Of a DNA stretch of 64,000 bases, positions 1 through 10,567 are shown piece after piece (the first letter of the stretch is position 1; each line of letters begins with the position of its first letter). The translations under genes were made by a program, and so were the position numbers. Source of the DNA: an uncultured virus (IMG/VR IMGVR_UViG_2822368973_000001) (taxonomy: Duplodnaviria; Heunggongvirae; Uroviricota; Caudoviricetes). Below the pieces are notes generated by a model, which saw only the letters and a program-made list of their open reading frames with translations, had not been told where the DNA came from and ran no database searches. The stretch lies in the IMG/VR virus record IMGVR_UViG_2822368973_000001, positions 1 to 64,000 of that record; one strand, 5' to 3'.

Positions 1-260
1 GTATTTAACACCATTTTCCAGCCCGTAATTTCTTTTTCTATGTTCATTACTTCTTGATCAACTAATACGGCATCAAACTCTAATACTTTTGAATCACGGA
101 TTTCCCAATGAGGTGCAAATAATTTGCATATTTCAACCGAACGATCAGTAGACCCACGATTAATAAGAATACCATGATCAAATAATTTTGTATGGTGCAT
201 TAACCACCACGGAAGCAGATACTCTTCGTTATAAAAATGAGAAATTAAAGTTGTATTCAT
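1..260 (-). CDS. Glycosyltransferase family 2-like protein, 5' part (runs off window start)
   Basis: Own translation from ATG at 260 with RBS GAAAGGAGG: MNTTLISHFYNEEYLLPWWLMHHTKLFDHGILINRGSTDRSVEI, a GT2-type N-terminus. Confidence 0.7.
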   Translation of the reverse strand, partial: MNTTLISHFYNEEYLLPWWLMHHTKLFDHGILINRGSTDRSVEICKLFAPHWEIRDSKVLEFDAVLVDQEVMNIEKEITGWKMVLN

Positions 261-691
261 AAAGAGTCCTCCTTTCAAAATTTTGTGGAATATATCCTTG
301 TCTAGTATGATATGCTACTTGATCTAAAAAGTTTTCTTTAAAATTTATAATGGATGTTGAGATTAAAAAACACTCAATGAAAGAATATAGCCCACCATAT
401 TCCGAATAATGCAATCCAAACAATCTAAGTAATATGTATTTCAAAATTTTCATAATTACTCCTTTTAGATATAAATTGCTCAATGAAGATGGATTTTATA
501 AAATTGTTACAAAATAATCTTTTTCAAATAAGAAAGTTACTAAAATGTGGAAAAATAATATAACAATATCTATAAATATAGTCCTACTGTAAGAATCAGC
601 GGACATCGAACTATAAGAGCATTAGTAATATTGCTCTATAGTTTGGTTTCCGCTTTTTTATTAACAAAATGTATAAGGGGTGTTTTTATAT

Positions 692-1006
692 ATGGCGCAA
701 TTAACTTTCTTACCTAAAATTGATCGCAAAGCAACGCAGGCTCGTTTAGAAGAGGTTCTTGAAAATGTTCGTATTTATAGACAATTTGGGATGATTAGAC
801 ATGAAATGAAGGTTACAGCATCTAGCGAGGTAAGATATCATGGTCCAACAAATATGGTAGGGAAGCCAGCAGAAGATATTGCTTTAGCAAATGTTGGTAT
901 GAGTGAGCGTACGTATAGACGAAATAGATCTAGTGCTTTTTATAAATTAGCTTTTGCTCTTAGATTAGAAGTATATGAGACTGAAGAAACTGGAGGTAAT
1001 GAATAA
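692..1006 (+). pseudogene. ArpU-family phage transcriptional regulator, internally deleted
   Basis: Paralog of 29575-30048 but lacks the central segment (IALANV joins directly to GMSERTY). Confidence 0.8.
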
Positions 1007-1549
1007 TGAATTTTGTTCAGCAGATACGTGATCCAGAAGAAATACAGCAGCTAAAAGAGTATTTTAAGGAGAAGTGTGCACGAAATTAAATTTTATTCAT
1101 TATGGGAATCAATACAGGCTTGAGAATCTCTGACATTTTAAAATTGAAGGTAGAAGATGTAAAAACGAGTCATATCTCTATGAGGGAAAAGAAAACAGGA
1201 AAACAAAAACGTATTCAAAATACTGCAGCATTAAAAAGAGAACTGAAATGGTTTATAGAAGAAAGAGAAGATCATGAATACCTATTACAAAGTAGACAAT
1301 GAAAGAATCGTCCTATCGGTCGTAGTATGGAATATAAGATATTAAGTATAGCCGCAGCAGAGTTTAGTTTAGATGAAATAGAACGCATACGCTAAGAAAG
1401 ACGTACGGGTACCATATGTACATGCAAACGAAAAACATAGCACATTAATCATGGAGATATTCAATCACTCTTCAGAGAAGGTCATGTTACGTTATATAGG
1501 TGTAAATCAAGATGCAATAGATAAAGCAATGACTAGGTTTGAAATCGAA
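1006..1549 (+). pseudogene. Small tyrosine recombinase pseudogene
   Basis: Near copy of 30048-30590 with in-frame stops TAA 1087-1089 and TGA 1300-1302 and downstream frameshifts. Confidence 0.88.
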
Positions 1550-1764
1550 TCATTGCTTTTTTCTTTTTAAATCTAGGGGTACCGTCACCGTTTTTGAAAA
1601 CCCCCATGCTAAGAGCATACAAAAATTTATACAGTTTTTGGATAATTCAGTAACAAAAGAGAACCCGAAAACCTGCGTCAGGATAGGAATGTATAAAATA
1701 ATGCATAAATCTGTAGAACAAAAAAAGGAAATTCCTTTGTCAGAGGATGGGCCCACCTTTCCTT

Positions 1765-1793
1765 GCTATCGATAATGAGACGTCATGTTAGCT
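1765..1793 (+). other. dif-like Xer recombination site (7-bp spacer)
   Basis: GCTATCGATAA-TGAGACG-TCATGTTAGCT; resembles the sites at 2430 and 63365. Confidence 0.6.
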
Positions 1794-1874
1794 TAACATG
1801 AATATAATATAAAAAAGGAATTTATAAGATTTGACGAGAATAAAATTGTACTAAAAGGATATCGGAGGTTTTTT

Positions 1875-2420
1875 ATGAAACTAGTAGGACAGCAAATATA
1901 TCTTCGACTTTACAAAATTTCTGACGCGAGCGAGTTAGCTAACTTACACACTAGAAATCGCGAATTTTTTCAACGAGTTTGTCCATTACTCCCAGAAGTC
2001 TTTTATACAGAAGAACATCAAAAAATACGCATTGAACGAGCATTAAAAAAGAAAGCTGAAGATCAAGTTTACGCTTTTGGAATCTTTTTAAAAGCAACTG
2101 ATAAACTTATCGGAGACATTTCATTAACTCAAATTGCTAGGGATCCCGCCCAAAGCTGTTATACGGGATTTACCTTAGATAGGGAGCATAGTTCAAGGGG
2201 CTATACAACAGAGGCTCTACAACTTGTTGTAGACTTTGCATTTAGAGAATTAAAACTACATAGAATTGAAGCAGGAGCTATGCCTAGCAATATAGCATCT
2301 ATTCGTGTATTAGAAAAAGTAGGATTTAAAAAAGAAGGTATAGCTAAAGAAAATGTAAAGATTAATGGCAAATGGACAGATCATCAAATATTAGCTATCA
2401 TCAACAGCCTGGATGTATAA
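1875..2420 (+). CDS. RimJ/RimL-type GNAT acetyltransferase
   Basis: RGYTTEAL, LHRIEAGAMPSNIASIRVLEKVGFKKEG motifs; RBS GGAGG. Confidence 0.88.
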   Translation: MKLVGQQIYLRLYKISDASELANLHTRNREFFQRVCPLLPEVFYTEEHQKIRIERALKKKAEDQVYAFGIFLKATDKLIGDISLTQIARDPAQSCYTGFTLDREHSSRGYTTEALQLVVDFAFRELKLHRIEAGAMPSNIASIRVLEKVGFKKEGIAKENVKINGKWTDHQILAIINSLDV

Positions 2421-2429
2421 GCACATTTC

Positions 2430-2458
2430 ACTTCCGATAATGAGACGTTATGTCAACC
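2430..2458 (+). other. dif-like Xer recombination site (7-bp spacer)
   Basis: ACTTCCGATAA-TGAGACG-TTATGTCAACC; same spacer as the 1765 site. Confidence 0.7.
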
Positions 2459-2593
2459 TAACATGTATAGGATATACACTGTTCCTTATTCAACTAACTG
2501 GCAGGTTAGTTGAAGTGTATTTTGGTTAATATAGGAATTTTTGGATGCCCCCTAGAATATAAAAAATATAGATTGTATTATAGGAGGTATATA

Positions 2594-3331
2594 ATGAAAC
2601 AAAACATTTATGATAATCCGTTTTTCTTTAAAAATTATAAGTCATTACGTGAAAATGGATTTACCTTTAATGATTTTGTTGAACAGCCAGCAATTAAATC
2701 TATAATTGCTAATCTTACAGATAAGTCTGTATTAGATTTGGGATGTGGAACTGGTCATTTTTCTATGTACTGTGTAGAAAATGGTGCCTCGAAAGTTATA
2801 GGAGTGGACATCTCAAGAAATATGATTGAACAAGCTGAAATGTATAACAAAAACGAAAAAATAGATTATATGTGTGTACCAATAGAAGAACTTAATTTGC
2901 CAAATCAAAAATTCGACTTAATAACAAGTTCTTTAGTTATACATTACATAGAAGATTACTCACATCTAATTAAGAAAATAAGAGATCTGTTAAAAAATGA
3001 TGGTGAATTTATCTTTTCAACAGAACATCCAATAGTAACAGCTCGAAAGGAAATGAATAATTGGTTTAAGGATAATAATGGAAACAGATTGCATTGGGCA
3101 TTAGATAATTATCAAGAAGAAGGAAAAAGAGAGGAACATTGGTGGATAGATGGTGTTGTTAAATATCACAGAACAATTTCAACATTAATTAATACTCTTA
3201 TAGACAACGGTTTTGTAATTGAGAAAATTATTGAGCCAGAGTCAACTCCAACAGGATTAGAAAAAATGCCAGAATTAATAAATGAAAAACGGAGACCATC
3301 TTCTATTATCATTAAATCAAGAAAATATTGA
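2594..3331 (+). CDS. Class I SAM-dependent methyltransferase
   Basis: VLDLGCGTG motif I, FDLITSSLVIHY; start placed at ATG after AGGAGG. Confidence 0.9.
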   Translation: MKQNIYDNPFFFKNYKSLRENGFTFNDFVEQPAIKSIIANLTDKSVLDLGCGTGHFSMYCVENGASKVIGVDISRNMIEQAEMYNKNEKIDYMCVPIEELNLPNQKFDLITSSLVIHYIEDYSHLIKKIRDLLKNDGEFIFSTEHPIVTARKEMNNWFKDNNGNRLHWALDNYQEEGKREEHWWIDGVVKYHRTISTLINTLIDNGFVIEKIIEPESTPTGLEKMPELINEKRRPSSIIIKSRKY

Positions 3332-3351
3332 GATTAAACCCTCGTTGATTA

Positions 3352-3399
3352 ACTTCCACTTTCGAGAATTATGTAAATAAGCTGTCCATATGGGCAGCT
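3352..3399 (+). other. dif-like site (6-bp spacer) fused to a terminator hairpin
   Basis: ACTTCCACTTT-CGAGAA-TTATGTAAATA then AGCTGTCCATATGGGCAGCT and a T-rich tract; repeated at 31958 and 63020. Confidence 0.6.
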
Positions 3400-3465
3400 T
3401 TATTTTATGTTCCCGCATAGCGTAGGTTATTTTGAAAAATGCTGGTGGTATCCCTCCCTATACAG

Positions 3466-3575
3466 CTACTCATAATTTTTGTACTGTGTAACTCAAAAGA
3501 GAAAGTTAAATAAAATTAATGATAGCAAGGGATTCAGTGATAGGATCAGTTACACACAATATAAGATAAGGGTAA
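3466..3575. other. Putative recombinase target (res-like) site, copy 1
   Basis: Two inverted 26-bp subsites, conserved at 32067-32176. Confidence 0.5.
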
Positions 3576-3608
3576 GTCTATGCTATTAACAAGAAAGTGG
3601 TGGTTGTG

Positions 3609-4562
3609 ATGAGGGAAAGATGTCCGGTTTGTCAAAACTCTATTGAGGAACCCCAATTAGTAGGAGTGGGAGGGGGACGTGCAGAGCAATATAAATGTGA
3701 GAATTGTGGCACATTTTCCATGATTGAAGAAGCGAGAATCGAATTAAATGTAGAGCAGAAGAGAAAACTTTCTGCAATTTTAAGAAAGAGAAACATTAGA
3801 GGGATGGGAAAAATAATGATTTTTCTTAATCGACCAGATGAAAATCTTTCAGAATTTCCGTATCCTATTTATCTTTTAGCGGATCTATTAAGTGAATATC
3901 CAGATAGTGCTTCTGATAGATTGGATGAGTCATTAATAAACTTAGCTAAATTGTCAAAATTTCCAGGTGACCCATTATATATTCGTGAATCAGATAAATC
4001 TCTATTTTTTGTACAGAGTGTTCATTTGTTGGAAATGAAATATATAGCGAACCAATTATTTCAGGACGAATTAATTGAGATATCTAAGCTATCTGCAGCA
4101 GATTTTCCTGCACATATTACAGTTACAGCAAAAGGGTGGAATCGTATTGCAGAATTAGAAAAGGGAAGAGAAGCGGATACTAAGCAGGTGTTTGTCGCTA
4201 TGTCATTTAGTCCAAAAATGGATAGTCTATATCAGAATGCAATTGCAACGGCTGTAAAAGAAGCAGGTTATGAGCCTATTCGAATTGATAAAGTGGAACA
4301 CAATAACAAAATTGATGATGAGATTATAGTTAAAATAAGACAAAGTAAATTTATAATTGCAGATTTTACTGAACATAGAGGTGACGTCTATTTTGAAGCC
4401 GGCTATGCAATGGGACTTGGTAAACCTGTAATATGGACTTGCAGGGAAAATGACTTAGCAAATCTGCATTTTGATACTAGACAATATAGCCATATTGTTT
4501 GGAAAGATGAGAGGGAATTAAAAGATTCATTACTTAATAGAATAAGAGCTACAATCAATTAA
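3609..4562 (+). CDS. Zn-ribbon protein with C-terminal nucleoside deoxyribosyltransferase/TIR-like domain
   Basis: CPVC...CENC N-terminus; QVFVAMSF, SKFIIADFT, VYFEAGYAMGLGKPVI C-terminus. Confidence 0.65.
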   Translation: MRERCPVCQNSIEEPQLVGVGGGRAEQYKCENCGTFSMIEEARIELNVEQKRKLSAILRKRNIRGMGKIMIFLNRPDENLSEFPYPIYLLADLLSEYPDSASDRLDESLINLAKLSKFPGDPLYIRESDKSLFFVQSVHLLEMKYIANQLFQDELIEISKLSAADFPAHITVTAKGWNRIAELEKGREADTKQVFVAMSFSPKMDSLYQNAIATAVKEAGYEPIRIDKVEHNNKIDDEIIVKIRQSKFIIADFTEHRGDVYFEAGYAMGLGKPVIWTCRENDLANLHFDTRQYSHIVWKDERELKDSLLNRIRATIN

Positions 4563-4567
4563 AGAAA

Positions 4568-4935
4568 GGTGGCAGATTCGTGATCGCTTTTTTGCAGTAA
4601 ATGTGCCGGTCGTTTTGGAGTTAACGTGATATATTTGTATTGTGAGAAGTGGACGAAAACATTGCTCATAAAATTCCTCTGAAAATGGATCTTCATAACT
4701 GGTGATGGTTGCAGGCTGGATGAATGGTTGTTCTTCATTTCACATTCAATTGCAATTTACGTTGTATAAACGGAGAAGGGGTTTTGCTCTTCTTTTAGTT
4801 ACTTAATATTGCTGAAACAGATAAATGTAAATAAGATTAGGTGATTGGAAGAAGAATAAAACTTCATTTACCATAATTGAAATGCAAATGTAATACTTAA
4901 TGAAAAAGCATCCATTCGGGTGCTTTTTATTTTGG
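4568..4935 (+). promoter_or_regulatory. Phage late-promoter region and conserved leader, remnant copy
   Basis: Aligns by eye with 33646-34000, including the GGCAG...GCAG direct repeats. Confidence 0.55.
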
Positions 4936-5512
4936 AGGGATGAAGGATGGATAAAGCCAAATTAACTAAACCAGCACAAGCGGTTATAATTGGTACATTC
5001 ATTTCAATGTTAGGACGGGATCTTGTAAATGAACGTATCGATAAAAAGAAATTAGAAAGTGTTATTCCAATCTTTAATGAGTTGGAAGATATACAACGCC
5101 AAAGTAAAAAATTCGATAACTGGGTGTTCAGATTTTGTTGTACCGGTCATTATTAATACAATAGAAATAATAAAAAAGATAACGGTAGGACGACCATATT
5201 GTTTTGTTTTTCCATTTTTCTTAAAGAAGGAAAAGGATACATAAGATTAAAAGAATAAAAGCAAATAGAAGTAATACGCCACCAATATTACTCAAAATAG
5301 CCATTTTCATACCTCTATTTGTAAGATTTTCTCTATTGATTATATAGGAACTTATTGGATAATACACGTTTTATATAAATTTCGAAAATTGATATTTTTA
5401 ATAGACATATAAACAATTAATTTGTATATAAGGAAAAATGTATATATTTCCTATTACTTTTTTAAAGAGATTTCATAAATTAAAGTATATCGATTGAAAG
5501 GAGGAGATTTGA

Positions 5513-5665
5513 ATGGAATTTCAATTGTTAGTGAATTGTATATTACAAGAAGGTAATGCGTACTTTTTAGTAACGAAGGTAGACGATGTAATTACGTTAA
5601 AAGTACCGATTACAGCAGGAGTAGCAGCATTATTTTTAGCTTTTGGTGTACCAAGATGTTCTTAA
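5513..5665 (+). CDS. Small protein, 50 aa (not in ORF track)
   Basis: RBS AAAGGAGGAG; MEFQLLVNCILQEG...AFGVPRCS; followed by a hairpin; C-terminus resembles 34200-34337. Confidence 0.7.
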   Translation: MEFQLLVNCILQEGNAYFLVTKVDDVITLKVPITAGVAALFLAFGVPRCS

Positions 5666-5873
5666 TTTAAATCTCTATAGTAGAAAGAGGAGGACAAGCC
5701 TCCTCTTTCTACTATTACATAATTATTTTATGTAAACTATAATGGTGTTTTATATTAGCACGTTTAAAATGGACATGCATATACTATAATGTTTCATTGG
5801 CGTTTGTGATGAACGATAGTTTTGATAAGTGATATTCTTTTAAGTTATGAAAATAAAAGAGGTGCTATTATAT

Positions 5874-6083
5874 ATGAAAAGAAGAACATTAGATATTCCA
5901 GTTTCATTGCGAAGAGAGTGGTTTTTAATAGAGTTAGCTCATTTAACGAAAAAATATGGAATTGAAATTGCAACTAGCAAAATGGAAGCCGCACCGTTTT
6001 TAAGGGATCAAGTTACGGAATCAAAAATAGGAGCAGGGCTACAATACGATAAATATGATGATGAGTATATAATTGAAATGTAA
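5874..6083 (+). CDS. Hypothetical protein
   Basis: ORF with RBS AGAGGTG. Confidence 0.6.
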   Translation: MKRRTLDIPVSLRREWFLIELAHLTKKYGIEIATSKMEAAPFLRDQVTESKIGAGLQYDKYDDEYIIEM

Positions 6084-6227
6084 GTAATACATGGCACAAA
6101 AAGAAATGCTTAATAATACTAGTCTTTTAAAAGAGTAACACTGATAAGGAATTACGCTATAAAAAATTATAAAATAAAGCAGATTCTATATATAGAATCT
6201 GCTTTATTATGAAATATTTTTAATCAA

Positions 6228-7067
6228 CTAGCCTCTTTCTAATATTTTTCCTACATATTTCTCTTGAGTGATTCCAAAAGATTCACGAAGAATGCGAGCA
6301 TATTCTTTAGAACCTATTGGTCGTTTATTTTTTGTGCCTTTAAAGGTTTCTGTATAATTTTTTTTCGTTAATGATATGTGACCATAATCAGTTAATTTAC
6401 AAGTGATAGCCCCTTTATTAAAAGGCGATTCGTTATGCTCTACAATTACTTTTTGAATGTTATTCACTTTTTTCTCATCTATTGGATCTATAGTGAAAGC
6501 ATAGCCTATTTTCCATTCGTTTGAAGGTTCAGATTGTAAGAAACTTGTAGATTCGCCGTTTGCGCCTTTTCGCATTTCTAAAATATGTGTACCTTTTCGG
6601 GTATTTCGTTTGTAAATTCGATATTCTCCCGTTTGAGAAGATATGATTTCGCCATTAAAAGGGACTGGATGTAAAGGGAGATGAGATGCAAAACCTGCAT
6701 CCACAATATAATCTGTATGATCATGACTTAAAATTATAATGACATGACCATCATCAGGTTTCCATTTATTATCGTAAAGATCGTATACAGTACCAGCTAC
6801 TTTGTATACTTGAAACCCACAATCAATTAAAAAGTAATACAATAAGGAATTTAATTCATAACAAAGACCGCCTCTTTTTTGAATAAGTAACTTTTCTACT
6901 AAGTTATTTTTTGAAATGTTTTTAATAGTACCAGCCATAATATCAAGATTTTCATAGGGGAAAATCATTCCCATTTTTAAGAGGACTTCATCTAAATCAT
7001 CAAATGTTAGTTCTTTTGCGGGAATTTTTAATCGTTTAAAAAACTCCTTTTGTAAATTGGTCATCAT
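6228..7067 (-). CDS. nat: Arylamine N-acetyltransferase
   Basis: PYENLD, RGGLCYELN catalytic Cys, GH and VDAGF triad motifs. Confidence 0.93.
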   Translation of the reverse strand: MMTNLQKEFFKRLKIPAKELTFDDLDEVLLKMGMIFPYENLDIMAGTIKNISKNNLVEKLLIQKRGGLCYELNSLLYYFLIDCGFQVYKVAGTVYDLYDNKWKPDDGHVIIILSHDHTDYIVDAGFASHLPLHPVPFNGEIISSQTGEYRIYKRNTRKGTHILEMRKGANGESTSFLQSEPSNEWKIGYAFTIDPIDEKKVNNIQKVIVEHNESPFNKGAITCKLTDYGHISLTKKNYTETFKGTKNKRPIGSKEYARILRESFGITQEKYVGKILERG

Positions 7068-7615
7068 AAAGCATTCTCCTTTCTTTTTACAGAATTTTCT
7101 TCTGCTTACCGATAGGTTAGTACTTCTAAAAACTTAATTCAAGTCTGCGAAAATTATCATAATATATGTTTCTGGAAATATGATTTTATATTTTGAAATT
7201 TCAGTTAAATATTTAGTCATAGGAAAGTCTTACAATACAAGCTCCTTTTAAATTCGTTTGTATGTAATGAAAAGAAAATACATATCTTCATTATGTTTTT
7301 AAATAACTAATTAATAATAAAATGTTTTTTTAATAAAATTTTTTCNNTTTGTATGCTTTATATAAACAATCATGATTTGAAAAACATCTTGATGTAGTGA
7401 AGTTAACAATTATTGAGAAATTTTTTTGTCGTGTTTACTCAAAAGGAAGAGATGGAAACGAAGAGAATAACGTGAGTTAAGGAAGAGGGTGTACGAGTAA
7501 TCACCTGAATATAGGGCTAACATCTTTTTCAAATAAAAAGATTAGCTATTATTAAGGGAGAAAATATAAATTATTACAAAGAGCACCTTCTTTCAAAAAA
7601 AGTGGGGGGAGTAAC

Positions 7616-9217
7616 ATGCGATTAATGAGAAGATGTGTTGCCTTACTAATTATATTTTTTATCATGGCTCCATCGATTAGCACAAATGTAAGGGCAGAAG
7701 TTGTAAAAGAGCTTGGAAAGGGGTTTCCTGATACAGAAGTATTTACACCTGGCGATTGGTTTTTAGGACAAAAACCAACTAATTATGATGAGAATAAGCC
7801 TCCAATTCTCTTTGTACAAGGCAGAAATGGTAATGCGGATAGTTGGTATGGAAAGACTGTATATCACGATATAAATGATATGTATGACTATGCTTTGAAA
7901 GCGGGATATCAAACGGTATTTATTCAATTATATGATGCGGCAGGGAAAGGATCGGCTAGTCAGTGGGACAACGGAAAATTGTTAGCACAAAAACTGGAAG
8001 AAATATATAATCATTTCGGTAAAAAGGTTACTATTGTAGCGCATAGTAAAGGTGGTATAGATACACAAGCGGCATTAGTTGGATATGGTGCGAATCGATT
8101 TGTTGGGAATGTTATTACACTTGCGACACCACATCACGGCTCAAATTTAGCGGATTTATCATATAGTTGGTGGGCAGGTTGGCTTGCTTCTATATTAGGT
8201 CAAAAAGATGATGGTACGTACGCGTTACAGATAGGGGAAATGGCAAAATTTCGTTCAACGATAGATAATAATCCAGCAGTTAAATTAAACCGTTACTATA
8301 CGGCTACTGGGACTAGCTGGGGACCAGTATTTTCTGCGTTATCTATGGGCGGATTATATTTGTCATCGTACGGCTCGAATGATGGATTAGTAAATGAATG
8401 GAGTGCTAAGCTACCATATGGCACACATTTATTTACAGATTCCAAATTTGATCATGACAATATACGAAAAGGATCAGCTGTTTTCGCACGAATTGAACCA
8501 TATTTACGTACTGCAAATGTAGGCGTGCCACCTTTAGTAGCACCAAGTAATAGTTCAGAAGAAAATATAGAGCAATTAAATACAACTTCTAATCAAAATA
8601 TTTTAGGGGGAGAATTGCCACAAAGTCAGTGGATAGAGCAAGCTGTGGCGGTTGATAAAAAGGCAGAAGGAATGGTTTCTGTATTAACAGCTGCTTCTGA
8701 TGTAGAAATACAACTAATATCTCCAAAAGGAAAAGTGTATACAAATAAAGATAGTACGATAACTACTGGTGAAGGTGAATCTTTCTTTAATGGGGCAACA
8801 ATTAGTACATTTAAATTTGACAAAATGGACGTAGGAGAATGGAGAGTTAAAATGATGGCGAAGCAGTCGAAAGATGCATACTTAATTGTAAGCGATCACA
8901 AAAGTGGCGCGCCATTCGTTCTTCAAATGCCAACAAAAGTCAAAATTAACAAATCAGAGTATAAACTGAAAAAATCACCTGCGGCACCTGAAATGAAAGG
9001 AAATCTTTCCATAACAGTAAGAGTTGTTAATAAAGAAGGGAAGCTAGTCTCTGAATTTAATGAATTACAAAATGTTAATACAAATACATTTACAGGTGCT
9101 TTGAAGGACATAAAGCAACCAGGGGTATATAACGTTACGATGGATATAAAAGGGATAAATAAAGAAGGAAAACCTTATAATCGTACGATTGTTAAGTCGG
9201 TTTATGTGGAGAAGTAA
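7616..9217 (+). CDS. Secreted alpha/beta-hydrolase (lipase/esterase)
   Basis: Signal peptide, AHSKGG nucleophile elbow, TLATPHHGS, NDGLV. Confidence 0.85.
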   Translation: MRLMRRCVALLIIFFIMAPSISTNVRAEVVKELGKGFPDTEVFTPGDWFLGQKPTNYDENKPPILFVQGRNGNADSWYGKTVYHDINDMYDYALKAGYQTVFIQLYDAAGKGSASQWDNGKLLAQKLEEIYNHFGKKVTIVAHSKGGIDTQAALVGYGANRFVGNVITLATPHHGSNLADLSYSWWAGWLASILGQKDDGTYALQIGEMAKFRSTIDNNPAVKLNRYYTATGTSWGPVFSALSMGGLYLSSYGSNDGLVNEWSAKLPYGTHLFTDSKFDHDNIRKGSAVFARIEPYLRTANVGVPPLVAPSNSSEENIEQLNTTSNQNILGGELPQSQWIEQAVAVDKKAEGMVSVLTAASDVEIQLISPKGKVYTNKDSTITTGEGESFFNGATISTFKFDKMDVGEWRVKMMAKQSKDAYLIVSDHKSGAPFVLQMPTKVKINKSEYKLKKSPAAPEMKGNLSITVRVVNKEGKLVSEFNELQNVNTNTFTGALKDIKQPGVYNVTMDIKGINKEGKPYNRTIVKSVYVEK

Positions 9218-9976
9218 GAGTGAATAGATTTTGATATGAAAATTGCCGAAACCTTGTGTTAGAAGGGGACGGCAATTTTTTATGTTTATTAGGTTAACAG
9301 AATAATGAAATAGGGGTTTACGTTCTATAATGGGAAAGAACCACCAAAAGGAACAGTTATAAACTCAGTTTTCCAGAAAGTACCGTAAGCTGGCTTTGAT
9401 GGTTTATGTGAATCGTGGCAGGAACATCTTTTATACGAGTTTGAAGAACGATAGTATGAACCCAATATATTACCTCCTGATGATTAATAAATGTAAGATA
9501 CATAGTAGTATATGTAAATGAACTACTATTGGCATGTATGCCTATCCTGTATAAGGTGGTAGATTTGGAATATAAAGCACTCAAATGGTGAAATATAGTT
9601 TATTAGAATAATATGTATAACGATTTTTGAAGACGAAAAAATTAATAATTTGGTAGAAAAATGAACTGAAGTTCTAAATAAATTGAATTATTGATGAAAC
9701 GCTTATTATACGAATTGCACCTGAAAAAGTAGCATTGTTATTTTTTGGTGCGATAATGTTGTCGTTTAGCGAATTGTTCCTATTTAAACGTTTGTATATT
9801 AGAGTCTTTATTCGTTACTTTTTATTTGTGCAGTTGGGCAGGAAGAAGACGAAAGGTATCGAATTCATTTACATAGGAAGCATTGTTTGCTTTTGGTGTG
9901 AATAATAGTTAAAGATACGTTGAAATATTTAAAACTGTAACGAAAGAGCTATTAAATAATAGAGGGAGCAACTTAC

Positions 9977-10252
9977 ATGGAAAATATATTAAAGGTATCT
10001 TCAAAATCAAGTCCAAATTCAGTTGCAGGTGCAATAGCAGGTGTACTAAGAGCAAATGGCAATGTGGAAATCCAAGTAATTGGGGCAGGTTCTTTAAATC
10101 AAGCAATTAAAGCAATTGCGATTGCAAGAGGATTTGTTGCTCCAAGTGGTGTTGATTTGGCTTTTGTTCCAGCATTTCAAGAGATTTCTATCAATAATCA
10201 AGAAAGAACAGCAATTAAATTAATTGTAGGTCCTAGAAAGAGAAGATCCTAA
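9977..10252 (+). CDS. spoVS: Stage V sporulation protein S
   Basis: LKVSSKSSPNSVAGAIAG...GAGSLNQAIKAIAIARGFVAPSG signature. Confidence 0.93.
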   Translation: MENILKVSSKSSPNSVAGAIAGVLRANGNVEIQVIGAGSLNQAIKAIAIARGFVAPSGVDLAFVPAFQEISINNQERTAIKLIVGPRKRRS

Positions 10253-10567
10253 TAGAGTGCCTTTATAGGATGTGATTTGAAAAGTGCGATAGAAATCGTC
10301 CTTTTCTTTTTTTATTTATATTTTAAAGTTGAATTTTTAGTAATAAGCATTAGTGTAGTTAATAAAAAGTGTCGCAAATGCTTGTATGACAGGCACTTGT
10401 GACACTTTTGTAGTTTTATATAATATAAAATGAACAATTCTAAAACTGCTCATTCTTCTCCCAAGATTCAACGATATAGTATGAAAACCCTTATTATATC
10501 AAGGTTTATAAGGGTTGGTTTTCCTCGATGCTCACATTTTGCTCACATTAAATCTTTTCATTTGTTA

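Noticed and set aside
229..483. 84-aa minus-strand ORF
   Set aside because: Overlaps the RBS and start of the glycosyltransferase in another frame; no recognisable motif
4947..5310. ORFs 4947-5156 and 5059-5244 as functional genes
   Set aside because: They look like a truncated phage gene running into an opposite-strand fragment
10380..10560. attL core sequence
   Set aside because: No matching direct repeat seen at the right end, so the core cannot be defined; no tRNA seen
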